A stretch of 64,000 nt of DNA, taken from NCBI GenBank assembly GCA_964367905.1, contig CAYIZP010000008.1, positions 11,596-75,595 of the forward strand, given 5' to 3'. Origin of the DNA: an uncultured Lachnospiraceae bacterium. GTDB lineage: Bacteria > Bacillota > Clostridia > Lachnospirales > Lachnospiraceae. Each line of letters starts with the position of its first letter. Within the stretch, counting starts at the first letter, position 1. Shown one piece after another: positions 43,888 through 55,746 of this stretch. Both the position numbers and the translations under genes were made by a program. The notes beneath the pieces were generated by a model, which saw only the letters and a program-made list of their open reading frames with translations, was not told the origin of the DNA and did no database searches.

Positions 43888-44607
43888 ATGGTGAAACTTC
43901 ATTATGATTTACATATCCATTCTTGTCTATCTCCTTGCGGTCATGATGATATGACACCAGGGAATATTGTAGGGATGGCGATGCTGAAGGGGCTAGATGT
44001 CATAGCGGTTACAGATCATAATTCTTGTAAAAACTGTAGTGCAGTGATGATGTTGGCAGCAGAATATGGGGTCTTAGCAATTCCAGGGATGGAAATTAAT
44101 ACGGCAGAAGAGGTGCATGTGGTGTGCCTCTTCGAAGAGCTAGCTGATGCCCTCGCATTTGACCAATATGTATATGAACGCATGATGCCATTTCCCAATG
44201 ATCCAGAAATATTTGGGCGGCAGCAGATCTGCAATGAAAACGATGAGGTCATCGGAGAGGAACCACTTCTATTGATTAATGGAGTGGATATATCTTTTGA
44301 TGAACTATGGGATGTTGTCGAGGGTTATCATGGTGTGATGATACCAGCACATATTGAAAAGAGTGCTAATAGTGTTACATCGAATCTCGGTTTCATTCCC
44401 CCTGATAGCAAATTCCATGTGGTGGAGATGAAGCGTCCGGAGATGAAGGAGGAGCTTTTACCGATGAACCCTCACCTTGCGGAGTGTAAAATCATTCGAA
44501 ACTCAGATGCACATTATCTAGAAGATATTCATGAGGCAGTGGAGAGTATGGAAGTGGAAGAGAAAACGGTGAAGAGTGTTTTGGCATATTTGCGAAATGT
44601 CAATTGA
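43888..44607 (+). CDS. PHP-domain metal-dependent phosphoesterase
   Basis: 239 aa; YDLHIHSCLSPCG ... VTDHNS ... PAHIEK PHP His/Asp motifs. Confidence 0.8.
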   Translation: MVKLHYDLHIHSCLSPCGHDDMTPGNIVGMAMLKGLDVIAVTDHNSCKNCSAVMMLAAEYGVLAIPGMEINTAEEVHVVCLFEELADALAFDQYVYERMMPFPNDPEIFGRQQICNENDEVIGEEPLLLINGVDISFDELWDVVEGYHGVMIPAHIEKSANSVTSNLGFIPPDSKFHVVEMKRPEMKEELLPMNPHLAECKIIRNSDAHYLEDIHEAVESMEVEEKTVKSVLAYLRNVN

Positions 44608-44649
44608 AGCAGAATGTGAATGGAGACAGCAGCAGAAGCGGAGAAATGA

Positions 44650-46020
44650 ATGAGTGGGGGATTTCATAAAAAAATAGTGGATTTTTTTGGAACAAAAGAG
44701 GCGTATAGCACGTATTTGGCATTGGCATGGCCGTGTGTGTTAGAGGCTCTTTTGTTGTGCGCTGTGAATATGGTCGATACCCTAATGGTAAGTGGTCTTG
44801 GTGAAGAGGCGATTGCGGCGGTGGGAATCACAAGTCAACCCAAATTTGTGCTTCTTGCAGCTGTTTTTGCTTTTAATGGAGGGATTACAGCGGTTATTGC
44901 CAGAAGGAAAGGTGAGGAACGTCAGGAAGCTTCCAATGCAATCCTAAAGGGAGTATTGGTTGTCGGTCTAGGACTCGGCCTATTGATATCGGCGATTGGA
45001 ATCTTTGGTGGACGTGGATTAATCTTATTGGCAGGGGCAGAAGATGCTTATCTTCAGCAAGCGGTGGATTACTTTATGATTCTCTCATCAGGCTTCGTAT
45101 TCCAGACATTGAATCTAGTTATCAATGCAGCGCAGAGGGGGAGTGGTCGAACTAGGATTACCATGCAGACAAATCTGATTGCTAATTTAGTAAATATTTT
45201 CTGTAATTATCTCTTGATTTATGGGAATCTAGGATTTCCGAAGATGGGAGTAGCGGGTGCGGCTTTAGCAACTACAATTGGAGCAGTGGTCGCGTGCACT
45301 GTAGCGGTTATTACCTTGTTGCAACGCAGCGGCTATCTCAATCTATATCTGATGAAGGCGCAAGTGTTTAGTTTGCGGTTGCTACAACCGGTCTTTCGTA
45401 TAGCGGGAAGCGCGTTTGTGGAGCAGATTTTTATGCGGATCGGCTTCTTCCTATATGCAATGATAGTGGCAAATTTAGGAACCACACCTTATGCCACCCA
45501 CCTAATCTGCATGTCTCTCTTGAATCTCTCTTTTTCATTTGGAGATGGAATCAGCGTGGCAGCAGCAACCCTTGTAGGGCAGAGGCTGGGAGCAGGAAGT
45601 GTTCCAGAGGCCAAGTTATATGCGAAAGTAGGACAGAGAGTAGCCTTGGTTGCGTCTACCTTTGTTGCACTTCTATTCTTCTTTGGAAGAAACAGTTTGA
45701 TTGAATTGTATTCGGATGACCCAGAAATCATAGCCATGGGGGCGGTGATTATGGTGATTATGGCACTGTCTACCCATGTGCAGACTGCGCAACTGGTATA
45801 CAACGGTTGTCTTCGTGGGGCTGGAGATGCGAAATATGTGGCATTGACCTCTTTGGTTAGTATCGGGATTTTGCGTCCACTCATCGCCTATATTTTATGC
45901 ATGTATACACCACTAGGGGTGTATGGGGCATGGGCGTCGCTATTTATAGACTTGGTGATTCGAACTGTTCTATCTGGGCATAGATTTAAGAGCGGGAAGT
46001 GGAGCGAAGTTGTTTTGTGA
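44650..46020 (+). CDS. MATE-family efflux transporter
   Basis: 456 aa, 12 predicted TM segments, with a MatE-like N-terminus (WPCVLEALLLCAVNMVDTLMVSGLGEEAIAAVG). Confidence 0.85.
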   Translation: MSGGFHKKIVDFFGTKEAYSTYLALAWPCVLEALLLCAVNMVDTLMVSGLGEEAIAAVGITSQPKFVLLAAVFAFNGGITAVIARRKGEERQEASNAILKGVLVVGLGLGLLISAIGIFGGRGLILLAGAEDAYLQQAVDYFMILSSGFVFQTLNLVINAAQRGSGRTRITMQTNLIANLVNIFCNYLLIYGNLGFPKMGVAGAALATTIGAVVACTVAVITLLQRSGYLNLYLMKAQVFSLRLLQPVFRIAGSAFVEQIFMRIGFFLYAMIVANLGTTPYATHLICMSLLNLSFSFGDGISVAAATLVGQRLGAGSVPEAKLYAKVGQRVALVASTFVALLFFFGRNSLIELYSDDPEIIAMGAVIMVIMALSTHVQTAQLVYNGCLRGAGDAKYVALTSLVSIGILRPLIAYILCMYTPLGVYGAWASLFIDLVIRTVLSGHRFKSGKWSEVVL

Positions 46021-46088
46021 AGTACAGATAATGTAGATTGAATTTAATGGGGATTTGATGTTTGAGTAGACTAAAGGAGAAGAGGAAG

Positions 46089-46775
46089 ATGAGATTTGTT
46101 ATAGATGATATTAAGAAGTCATTTGATAGTAAAGAGGTAATTAAAGGTGCTAGTTTTACGTTTGAGAGAGGGAAGATTTATGGCTTGCTTGGACGAAATG
46201 GATCGGGTAAGACGACATTATTTAATTGTATTAATGAGGATTTGATTGTAGATAGTGGAAATGTGTATATTGAGAAGGATGGAAAGCAGTCTCACCTAGA
46301 AGGTGATGATGTGGGATATGTGTTATCCACACCATCTGTACCAACTTTTTTAACTGCACGTGAATTCTTGAAGTTCTTTGTAGATATTAATAAGGATAAG
46401 ATTGACAATCCAAAGAACATAGATGAGTATTTTGATATGATTAGCATTTTGGAAGAAGACAGAGATCGTCTGTTGAAGGATTATTCTCTTGGAATGAAGA
46501 ATAAGATGCAGATGCTTGTGAATTTTATTGCGAATCCTTCTGTATTGCTTCTGGATGAGCCTCTTACATCTTTTGATGTGGTGGTTGCAGAAGAGATGAA
46601 ACGACTGCTAGTTGCGCAGAAAAAAGACAATATCATTATCTTCTCGACACATATCATGGAACTTGCCATGGAATTGTGTGATGAAATCGTAATCTTATCT
46701 GGAGGAACACTTACTGGTGTAGAGAAAGATAAGAATGTGATTATTGAAACATTGAGGAGGAATGGGGATGAGTAA
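46089..46775 (+). CDS. ABC transporter ATP-binding protein (ABC-2 type)
   Basis: The ORF opens at 46062; ATG 46089 follows aaggagaagagg. Walker A GRNGSGKTT, signature YSLGMKNKM, Walker B LLLDEP. Confidence 0.9.
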   Translation: MRFVIDDIKKSFDSKEVIKGASFTFERGKIYGLLGRNGSGKTTLFNCINEDLIVDSGNVYIEKDGKQSHLEGDDVGYVLSTPSVPTFLTAREFLKFFVDINKDKIDNPKNIDEYFDMISILEEDRDRLLKDYSLGMKNKMQMLVNFIANPSVLLLDEPLTSFDVVVAEEMKRLLVAQKKDNIIIFSTHIMELAMELCDEIVILSGGTLTGVEKDKNVIIETLRRNGDE

Positions 46776-48354
46776 GGTGATCAAACAGTTATTTTCATTG
46801 AATAATACCTATCAGAGTAACAGTTTGTTGTACTATCTTCAGAAGCTTCCGTTCATCGGGAAGTATGTGCCATCATCTGTATATTCAATCGGGTGGTTGA
46901 AAGTGTTAGCGGGAATCGTTAGTGTGTTAATCACAATCGTTATGATGTTTTTTACGAAGTCGCTGTATGCAATCATAGTGATATTTACTTCGGCTCTTAT
47001 CTACCCAGCACTAAATGTGAAGGCGGATGCCAGTGAGATGTTTTTGCTTATTTTCATCAGTTTATCCATTGTTGGTGGTTGGAGTAATACTAAGATATTA
47101 GTGCCGAAGAAGGAAGAGTACTATGCCATTGTTTTTATGCGTATGAGTGCAAAAACTGTTGCAATTTCAGTGTTTTTGAAGCAACTACTCATGCTTGTGG
47201 TCGGATTTTTACCAGCATTTATATTGATCCCTAATTTTGTTGCTTTTGATGGGATGACACTGATTGCTGTTTACGTAATTATGGTAATGAGTAAAGTGGT
47301 TGGAGCAGCAGTGAAGCTAAGAGTACTTTCACGTCAGCCGTATGCGAATTTCTCGAAGATTAGTAGGTGGGAATTGATCGGATGTGTTGTACTTCTTCTC
47401 TTGTGCGTGCCTTTTGTTATGCTTGGGTGGGCGCCGAACAAGACTCAACTGCTGGTGCTAGCAGGCGTGTTTTCCATAACAGGTGTTATTGCGATGATCT
47501 ATATTGTGAAGTTTCCTCTGTATAATAGTGTGTATAAACAGATATTGTCTCAATGGGATTCTGGTGCAGGCAAGATAAATTTTAATGTAAAGAATACAAA
47601 GGAATATTCGGAGAGGTATATCACAGATGGCGGTGATATCGATGGTAGTAAAACGGGATATGCGTTCCTGGCAGAATGTTTTAATAAGAGACATCGAAAA
47701 CTTCTGATGAATACAACAAGGCTCTACATAATTGGTTCTTTGATAATTTCTGCGTTAGCAATTGCTCTTAGTTTATTGGTACCAGAGATGGGAGAGATGA
47801 TTAATTCTATGGTGCTGGGAGCGATTCCGTTATTTACATTCTACATGTATTTTATGAATTGTGGAGAGCGGGTCGTGAAGATTTATTTTATGAACTGCGA
47901 CAACGAGATGTTGACCTATCGTGCATATAGACAACCAAGTGCTATCTTGCAGATGTTTACTTTGCGATTAAAATCCATTGTGTTGATGGACTGGTTGCAG
48001 AGCCTGCCGATTGCGATTGCACTTCCGTTAGTACTCTATATATCTGGGGGAACAGATCGACCATATGAATATGTGGTGTTATTTGCAAGTATTATGGCAT
48101 TATCAACATTTTTCAGCGTTCACAACTTAGTAATCTACTATGCACTTCAGCCGTTTAATAAAGAGGTGCAGATGAAGAACCCGATTTATGTATTCATAAA
48201 ATCAGGTACGTACCTGATTTGCTATGGGGTATTTGTAATAGGAGTGAACCCGATTGGTCTAGGAATTGGTGTTGTAATTTTTGCAGTGGCGTACATAGCA
48301 GTGGCAATTCCAATTGCGTATAAAGTGGCACCAAAGACATTTCGATTGAAGTAG
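46768..48354 (+). CDS. Polytopic membrane protein, putative ABC-exporter permease partner (uncharacterised family)
   Basis: About 528 aa with at least 10 hydrophobic segments. ATG 46768 follows GAGGAGG and overlaps the ATPase stop (ATGAGTAA), implying translational coupling. Confidence 0.6.
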   Translation: MSKVIKQLFSLNNTYQSNSLLYYLQKLPFIGKYVPSSVYSIGWLKVLAGIVSVLITIVMMFFTKSLYAIIVIFTSALIYPALNVKADASEMFLLIFISLSIVGGWSNTKILVPKKEEYYAIVFMRMSAKTVAISVFLKQLLMLVVGFLPAFILIPNFVAFDGMTLIAVYVIMVMSKVVGAAVKLRVLSRQPYANFSKISRWELIGCVVLLLLCVPFVMLGWAPNKTQLLVLAGVFSITGVIAMIYIVKFPLYNSVYKQILSQWDSGAGKINFNVKNTKEYSERYITDGGDIDGSKTGYAFLAECFNKRHRKLLMNTTRLYIIGSLIISALAIALSLLVPEMGEMINSMVLGAIPLFTFYMYFMNCGERVVKIYFMNCDNEMLTYRAYRQPSAILQMFTLRLKSIVLMDWLQSLPIAIALPLVLYISGGTDRPYEYVVLFASIMALSTFFSVHNLVIYYALQPFNKEVQMKNPIYVFIKSGTYLICYGVFVIGVNPIGLGIGVVIFAVAYIAVAIPIAYKVAPKTFRLK

Positions 48355-48549
48355 AAAACTGATTGCGACGCAAGTGAAAAAGGCCTATAGATACACTTAT
48401 CTAGACAGCCGAGTTGATGAATCAACGCCCCTCGGTTGCCTAAATAAAGGAAATGTTAAGAAAAAGTTGTCTTGCGATTTCATTGACATTTTCGACATAC
48501 AGTTTTATAATCAAAAAGGGTGGGTAATTATGTTGAAGGAGAAGAAGGA

Positions 48550-48834
48550 ATGAGATATAGAAGTAGTGTGTTTCAAACGTTTGCATTAATTACGCAATTA
48601 GGGCTGAGTATGCTTGCGCCGATTATACTATGTATTTTGGCAGGAAGTTTCTTGCAGAATCGGTTTAACCTACCTGTTTTCTTGCCGTTGTTGATTCTTG
48701 GAATTCTTGCAGGAGTGAGAAATTGCTATGTACTGATTCAGCATGTTCTTGAGAATGAGAAGAAGGAAAAAGAGATAGAGCGAGCAGAACGAATCGAAAG
48801 AGCAAAGCAAGCAAATAATGGAGAAAACAAGTGA
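48550..48834 (+). CDS. AtpZ/AtpI-family small membrane protein
   Basis: The ORF opens at 48520; ATG 48550 follows gaaggagaagaagg. It has two TM helices and is the first gene of the atp operon. Confidence 0.6.
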   Translation: MRYRSSVFQTFALITQLGLSMLAPIILCILAGSFLQNRFNLPVFLPLLILGILAGVRNCYVLIQHVLENEKKEKEIERAERIERAKQANNGENK

Positions 48835-49235
48835 ATGATAACAGGAAACAAGGGAACATCTTACAGGAATTAATATTAGGTATGATTGGTCTTGCAATGA
48901 TCGAACAAGTTGTTCTTCTTATACTAGGTGATGACTTGTTGTATCGATCTGTTGGTATTTGGATTGGTACGTTGATTGCAGCTGTGATGACCATTCATAT
49001 GAAGCGTAGCATCGAAGATGCATTGGAATTGGATGGAGCAACCGCAGAAAAACTTATGAAGAGAAGATCTCTTCTCAGAATGGGATTGGTAGCGGTTATA
49101 TTAGGCGTTTTATTCGCTTATGGAATTGCGAATATTTATACAACATTTATAGGAATGTTAGGATTGAAAATATCGGCTTATTTACAGCCATATTTATATA
49201 AATTATTAAAAAACTTAAGAAAGGGAGGTTCGTAG
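48831..49235 (+). CDS. atpI: ATP synthase protein I
   Basis: 134-aa membrane protein immediately upstream of atpB; overlaps the previous stop codon. Confidence 0.6.
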   Translation: MNDNRKQGNILQELILGMIGLAMIEQVVLLILGDDLLYRSVGIWIGTLIAAVMTIHMKRSIEDALELDGATAEKLMKRRSLLRMGLVAVILGVLFAYGIANIYTTFIGMLGLKISAYLQPYLYKLLKNLRKGGS

Positions 49236-49955
49236 ATGAAGACTAGCGTGGGCTTATTGTTGGCTAGCGAAAGCAATTTGGATTTTATGATACATGGGTT
49301 GGTTAGCTTTCGCTTGTTCGGCCATGAATTTTGGCTGACTACAACACATGTCAGTATTGTAATTGTAATGGCAATTCTCATGATATTTGCAGTTGTTGTG
49401 AGGGCAAAGCTAGAAGATGTGGATGGAAAACCGAGTCATCTGCAAAATATTGCAGAACTGGCAGTAGAATCCATAGATAATATGGTTCGAGGAAGTATGG
49501 GAAAATATGCGCCACAATTTCAAAACTATGTAGGAACTTTGTTTTTATTTATTGTAATAAGCAATATCTCGGGGTTGATCGGTCTTAGACCGCCGACGGC
49601 CGACTACGGTGTGACGTTACCACTAGGACTTATTACATTTTTCATCATTCAGTTTAACAACGCAAGGTATAACAAGATTGGAGCACTTACAGATTTGTTT
49701 AAGCCGATTCCACTATTAGCGCCAATTAATATCATCGGTGAGATAGCAGTACCATTTTCGTTATCACTCCGTCTGTTCGGGAATGTTTTCTCTGGAACAG
49801 TTATGATGGCATTGATTTATGGATTGATGGCTGATTTTGCATATGGGTGGCCAGGGTTCTTACACATTTATTTCGATGTATTCTCGGGATGTATCCAAGC
49901 GTATGTATTCTGTATGTTAACAATGGTATTTACCAAAATTAAAATTGAAGGCTAA
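49236..49955 (+). CDS. atpB: F0F1 ATP synthase subunit a
   Basis: 239 aa; conserved stator Arg region LSLRLFGNVFSG. Confidence 0.9.
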   Translation: MKTSVGLLLASESNLDFMIHGLVSFRLFGHEFWLTTTHVSIVIVMAILMIFAVVVRAKLEDVDGKPSHLQNIAELAVESIDNMVRGSMGKYAPQFQNYVGTLFLFIVISNISGLIGLRPPTADYGVTLPLGLITFFIIQFNNARYNKIGALTDLFKPIPLLAPINIIGEIAVPFSLSLRLFGNVFSGTVMMALIYGLMADFAYGWPGFLHIYFDVFSGCIQAYVFCMLTMVFTKIKIEG

Positions 49956-50015
49956 AGAAATAAAAATAACAAAAAGCTATTCAAGAAACAAAAACAAAAA
50001 AACATTTATTTTTAG

Positions 50016-50300
<285 letters not shown>

Positions 50301-50362
50301 TCAGAAAAGAGTATAATTTTAAGATATGAAAAATTAAATCAACATAGAAAGGAGGCCAGTCT

Positions 50363-50878
50363 TTGGAACGTTTATTTAATATCGATTTGCAACTGATATT
50401 CGAAACAGTTACACTTGCAGCAGCAATGTTAGTACTCTTTACATTTCTTTCTTACATGCTGTTTGAACCAGTGAGAAAAATACTGGAGAAGAGAAGACAA
50501 CGAATTGTCGATGAGCAAGAGGCTACAAAGTTATCGAAGAGTGAAGCGGATCAATACAAAGAAGAGTATGAAGCGAAGCTATTGGTTGTAGAAAAAGAAG
50601 CGGAAGAAATCCTAAGTGTTGCGAGGAAGAAAGCGCAGAAAAATGAAGCCAAAATTGTAGAAGAAGCCAAAGAAGAGGCTGCCCGTATAATAAAGCGTGC
50701 ACAAAATGAAATTGAATTAGAGAAGAAGAGAGCGCTTGATGATATGAAACAAGAGATTGTTGCAATTGCTTCTCTAATGGCGGAGAAAGTAGTGTCGGCA
50801 TCTATGGATGTGACAATACAGGATAGTTTGGTAGAAGAAACTTTGAAGGAAATGGGTGAAAGCACATGGCAAAATTAG
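50363..50878 (+). CDS. atpF: F0F1 ATP synthase subunit b
   Basis: 171 aa with a TTG start 7 nt after AAAGGAGG; one N-terminal TM helix plus a long charged helix. Confidence 0.85.
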   Translation: MERLFNIDLQLIFETVTLAAAMLVLFTFLSYMLFEPVRKILEKRRQRIVDEQEATKLSKSEADQYKEEYEAKLLVVEKEAEEILSVARKKAQKNEAKIVEEAKEEAARIIKRAQNEIELEKKRALDDMKQEIVAIASLMAEKVVSASMDVTIQDSLVEETLKEMGESTWQN

Positions 50879-51417
50879 TTTCTAAAACATATGGAGATGC
50901 ATTGTTTCAAGTTGCAAACGATGAGAGGAAAGTCGATGTTTTCTTTGAGCAGTCAAAAACAATTTTGGCGGTCTTGAATGAGAACAAAGATTTAGTGAAG
51001 TTATTGGAACAACCAAAGGTTGCCAAGACTGAGAAAATTGAGGTAGTGGAGAAAATCTTCGACGGAATGGTAGAGAAAGAAATCATCGGTTTGATGGTAC
51101 TACTAATCGAGAAGAGCCACTATGCAGATCTAGAGTCTGTATTCGAGTATTTTATCTCGGAAGTAAAAGAGGCGAAGAGAATCGGAGTGGCATATGTCAC
51201 ATCGGCAATCGAATTGAATGCGACTCAGAAGAGTAGCGTAGAGAAACGTCTCTTAGAAACAACTTCGTATCAGGAGTTGGAGATGAACTACGAAGAAGAC
51301 AAGAGTGTGATTGGTGGAATGTTAATTCGTATTGGAGACCGTGTAATGGATACGACAATTCGTACGAAGTTACAAGGGTTGAATAAGGAGTTAAGAGACA
51401 CACAATTGAGTTTGTAA
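50866..51417 (+). CDS. atpH: F0F1 ATP synthase subunit delta
   Basis: 183 aa, OSCP-like, positioned between atpF and atpA. Confidence 0.85.
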   Translation: MAKLVSKTYGDALFQVANDERKVDVFFEQSKTILAVLNENKDLVKLLEQPKVAKTEKIEVVEKIFDGMVEKEIIGLMVLLIEKSHYADLESVFEYFISEVKEAKRIGVAYVTSAIELNATQKSSVEKRLLETTSYQELEMNYEEDKSVIGGMLIRIGDRVMDTTIRTKLQGLNKELRDTQLSL

Positions 51418-51474
51418 AAAGAATGCTAAGTGTTTACTTAGCGAAATATTATAGAAAGAAGGTGGATTCGCTTC

Positions 51475-52992
51475 ATGAATTTAAGACCAGAAGAAATCAG
51501 CTCAGTGATTAAAGAGCAGATTAAAAGATACGCCGCAGAGATGGAAGTTTCTGAGGTTGGAACCGTAATTCAAGTTGCCGATGGTATTTCACGTGTCCAC
51601 GGTCTCGAGAATGCAATGCAAGGAGAACTATTGGAGTTCCCTGGCGAAGTATACGGGATGGTGTTAAACCTTGAGGAAGACAACGTAGGTGCAGTTCTTC
51701 TTGGGGATCACAAGAATATTAACGAAGGTGATATGGTTAAAACGACAGGTCGTGTAGTAGAAGTTCCTGTTGGAGATTGTATGTTGGGACGTGTTGTGAA
51801 TGCGTTAGGACAACCAATTGATGGAAAAGGGCCGATTCAGGCAGATAAATTTAGACAAATTGAGAGAGTGGCATCAGGGGTTATCGCTAGAAAATCCGTA
51901 GATACACCACTTCAGACAGGTATCAAGGCGATTGACTCAATGATTCCAATCGGAAGAGGACAACGTGAGTTAATCATCGGAGATAGAGAGACAGGTAAAA
52001 CAGCGATTGCAATCGATACAATCATCAACCAAAAAGGTCAGAATGTTAAGTGTATCTATGTAGCGATCGGACAAAAAGCTTCGACTGTTGCAAACATCGT
52101 TCAAACATTACAAGAGAATGGCGCGATGGACTATACAACAATCGTTGCATCTACAGCGAGTGAGTTGGCACCACTTCAATATATCGTGCCTTACTCAGGT
52201 TGTGCAATCGGTGAAGAGTGGATGGAGAATGGCGAAGACGTTCTGATCATCTATGATGATTTATCGAAACATGCGACAGCATACCGTACATTATCATTGT
52301 TGCTTCGTCGTCCACCAGGACGTGAGGCTTACCCTGGAGACGTATTCTACCTACACTCTAGATTATTAGAGCGTGCGGCACGTCTATCGGATGCATTGGG
52401 CGGCGGTTCTTTGACTGCGTTACCAATCATCGAGACACAAGCGGGAGACGTTTCAGCGTATATTCCAACAAACGTAATTTCTATTACTGATGGACAGATT
52501 TTCCTTGAGACAGAGTCATTCAATGCGGGCTTAAGACCAGCGATTAACCCTGGTATCTCGGTATCACGTGTTGGAGGTTCGGCTCAGATTAAGGCGATGA
52601 AGACAATCGCAGGACCAATTCGTATCGACTTGGCACAATATCGTGAGTTGGCAGCATTTGCACAGTTTGGTTCAGAGCTAGATGCAGACACATCAGAGCG
52701 TCTTGCACAAGGTGAGAGAATCCGTGAGATGTTGAAGCAACCTCAATATCAGCCAATGGCAGTAGAATATCAGGTTATGATTATCTATGCAGCTACGAAG
52801 AAATTCTTATTAGATATCGAAGTAGATGATGTATTACGTTTTGAAAAAGCTTTATTCGAATTTGTAGATACGAAATATCCAGAAATTCCAGAAGCGATTA
52901 AATCTGAAAAAGTCATTTCAGAAGCAACAGAAGCGAAATTGGTAGAAGCGATTGAAGCTTGTAAAAAAGACTTTTTAGCAAACCAAAAATAG
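51475..52992 (+). CDS. atpA: F0F1 ATP synthase subunit alpha
   Basis: 505 aa; Walker A GDRETGKT. Confidence 0.95.
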   Translation: MNLRPEEISSVIKEQIKRYAAEMEVSEVGTVIQVADGISRVHGLENAMQGELLEFPGEVYGMVLNLEEDNVGAVLLGDHKNINEGDMVKTTGRVVEVPVGDCMLGRVVNALGQPIDGKGPIQADKFRQIERVASGVIARKSVDTPLQTGIKAIDSMIPIGRGQRELIIGDRETGKTAIAIDTIINQKGQNVKCIYVAIGQKASTVANIVQTLQENGAMDYTTIVASTASELAPLQYIVPYSGCAIGEEWMENGEDVLIIYDDLSKHATAYRTLSLLLRRPPGREAYPGDVFYLHSRLLERAARLSDALGGGSLTALPIIETQAGDVSAYIPTNVISITDGQIFLETESFNAGLRPAINPGISVSRVGGSAQIKAMKTIAGPIRIDLAQYRELAAFAQFGSELDADTSERLAQGERIREMLKQPQYQPMAVEYQVMIIYAATKKFLLDIEVDDVLRFEKALFEFVDTKYPEIPEAIKSEKVISEATEAKLVEAIEACKKDFLANQK

Positions 52993-53008
52993 AAAGGAGG
53001 CTTGACTC

Positions 53009-53890
53009 ATGGCAACGATGAGAGATATCAAAAGGCGTAGAACAAGTATTGCGAGTACGCAACAGATTACAAAAGCCATGAAGCTAGTCTCTACTGTAAA
53101 GCTTCAGAAAGCACGTACACGTGCAGAGAGTTCAAAAGCATATTTCGATTGTATGTTTGACACAGTAAATTCTATGCTTGCAAGTGCAGGTCATATTGAG
53201 CATCCTTATCTAATCTCTCGAGAGACGAAGAAGATTGGGGTCGTAGTCGTTACTTCAAACAGAGGTCTTGCAGGTGGTTACAACTCGAATATTATCAAGT
53301 TGATTACGGGAGCGGACTGGAAGAAGGAAGATGTGACAATCTACGGTGTTGGAAGCAAGGGTGCAGACGGATTGAGGTCTAAGGGCTATAAAGTAGCGCA
53401 GACATATCATGATGTGATAGATGAGCCAAAGTATACCGAGGCACAAAAGATCAGTCGTCAATTATTGACAGATTTTGCCACAGGTGAGATTGATGAAATC
53501 TATCTAGCATATACATTCTTTAAGAACACTGTAAGCCATGTTCCTACGATGTTGAAATTGCTACCAGTTGATCCAACACAAGCAGAGGATAAGGCAGAAG
53601 TGGGCAGTGAGGAGTCGACCATCGATTCTCTTACCTTGATGAACTTCGAGCCAAATGAAGAAGATGCCTTGGATTTACTGATTCCAAAATATATGACCAG
53701 TCTATTATATGGTGCATTTGTAGAAGCGGTTGCAAGTGAAAACGGTGCAAGAATGCAGGCGATGGATAATGCGACAAATAATGCAGAAGAAATGATTAGC
53801 GATTTGGGATTAAAATATAACAGAGCTCGTCAAAGTGCTATTACTCAAGAATTAACAGAGATTATAGCCGGTGCCGAAGCTTTAAATTAG
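53009..53890 (+). CDS. atpG: F0F1 ATP synthase subunit gamma
   Basis: 293 aa; the N-terminal MRDIKRRRTSIASTQQITKAMKLVS and C-terminal ITQELTEIIAGAEAL helices are typical. Confidence 0.95.
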   Translation: MATMRDIKRRRTSIASTQQITKAMKLVSTVKLQKARTRAESSKAYFDCMFDTVNSMLASAGHIEHPYLISRETKKIGVVVVTSNRGLAGGYNSNIIKLITGADWKKEDVTIYGVGSKGADGLRSKGYKVAQTYHDVIDEPKYTEAQKISRQLLTDFATGEIDEIYLAYTFFKNTVSHVPTMLKLLPVDPTQAEDKAEVGSEESTIDSLTLMNFEPNEEDALDLLIPKYMTSLLYGAFVEAVASENGARMQAMDNATNNAEEMISDLGLKYNRARQSAITQELTEIIAGAEALN

Positions 53891-55291
<1,401 letters not shown>

Positions 55292-55303
55292 GAGGGAGAT
55301 CCT

Positions 55304-55711
55304 ATGGCAGATAAGACAAATGCATTTAAACTAGAAATTATAACTCCGGATGAGGTGTTTTTTAGCGGAGAGGCTTTCTTCCTAGAGTTCACTTCGATCG
55401 AAGGACAAATGGGTGTATACAAGGAACATATTCCTTTGACAACTATCCTTCAACCTTGTGCGATGAATATTCATCAAGATGCAGGTGAAAAAAAATGTGC
55501 GGTACTTGGTGGATTTGTAGAAATTCAAAAAAAGAAGATTACCGTACTGGCTGAAGATGCTCAATGGCCAGATGAAATTGATGTTGCGAGAGCGGAGCAA
55601 GCTGCACAACGTGCGGAAGAGCGTATCGCAAAGAATGAAAATACAATCGATGTGAAGCGTGCAGAAGCAGCTCTGAAGAGAGCGATGGCACGTCTTGACG
55701 CAACGAAATAA
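55304..55711 (+). CDS. atpC: F0F1 ATP synthase subunit epsilon
   Basis: 135 aa; last gene of the operon. Confidence 0.9.
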   Translation: MADKTNAFKLEIITPDEVFFSGEAFFLEFTSIEGQMGVYKEHIPLTTILQPCAMNIHQDAGEKKCAVLGGFVEIQKKKITVLAEDAQWPDEIDVARAEQAAQRAEERIAKNENTIDVKRAEAALKRAMARLDATK

Positions 55712-55746
55712 TAATTCTTAAAAATAGAATAGCGGAAGGATGACAG

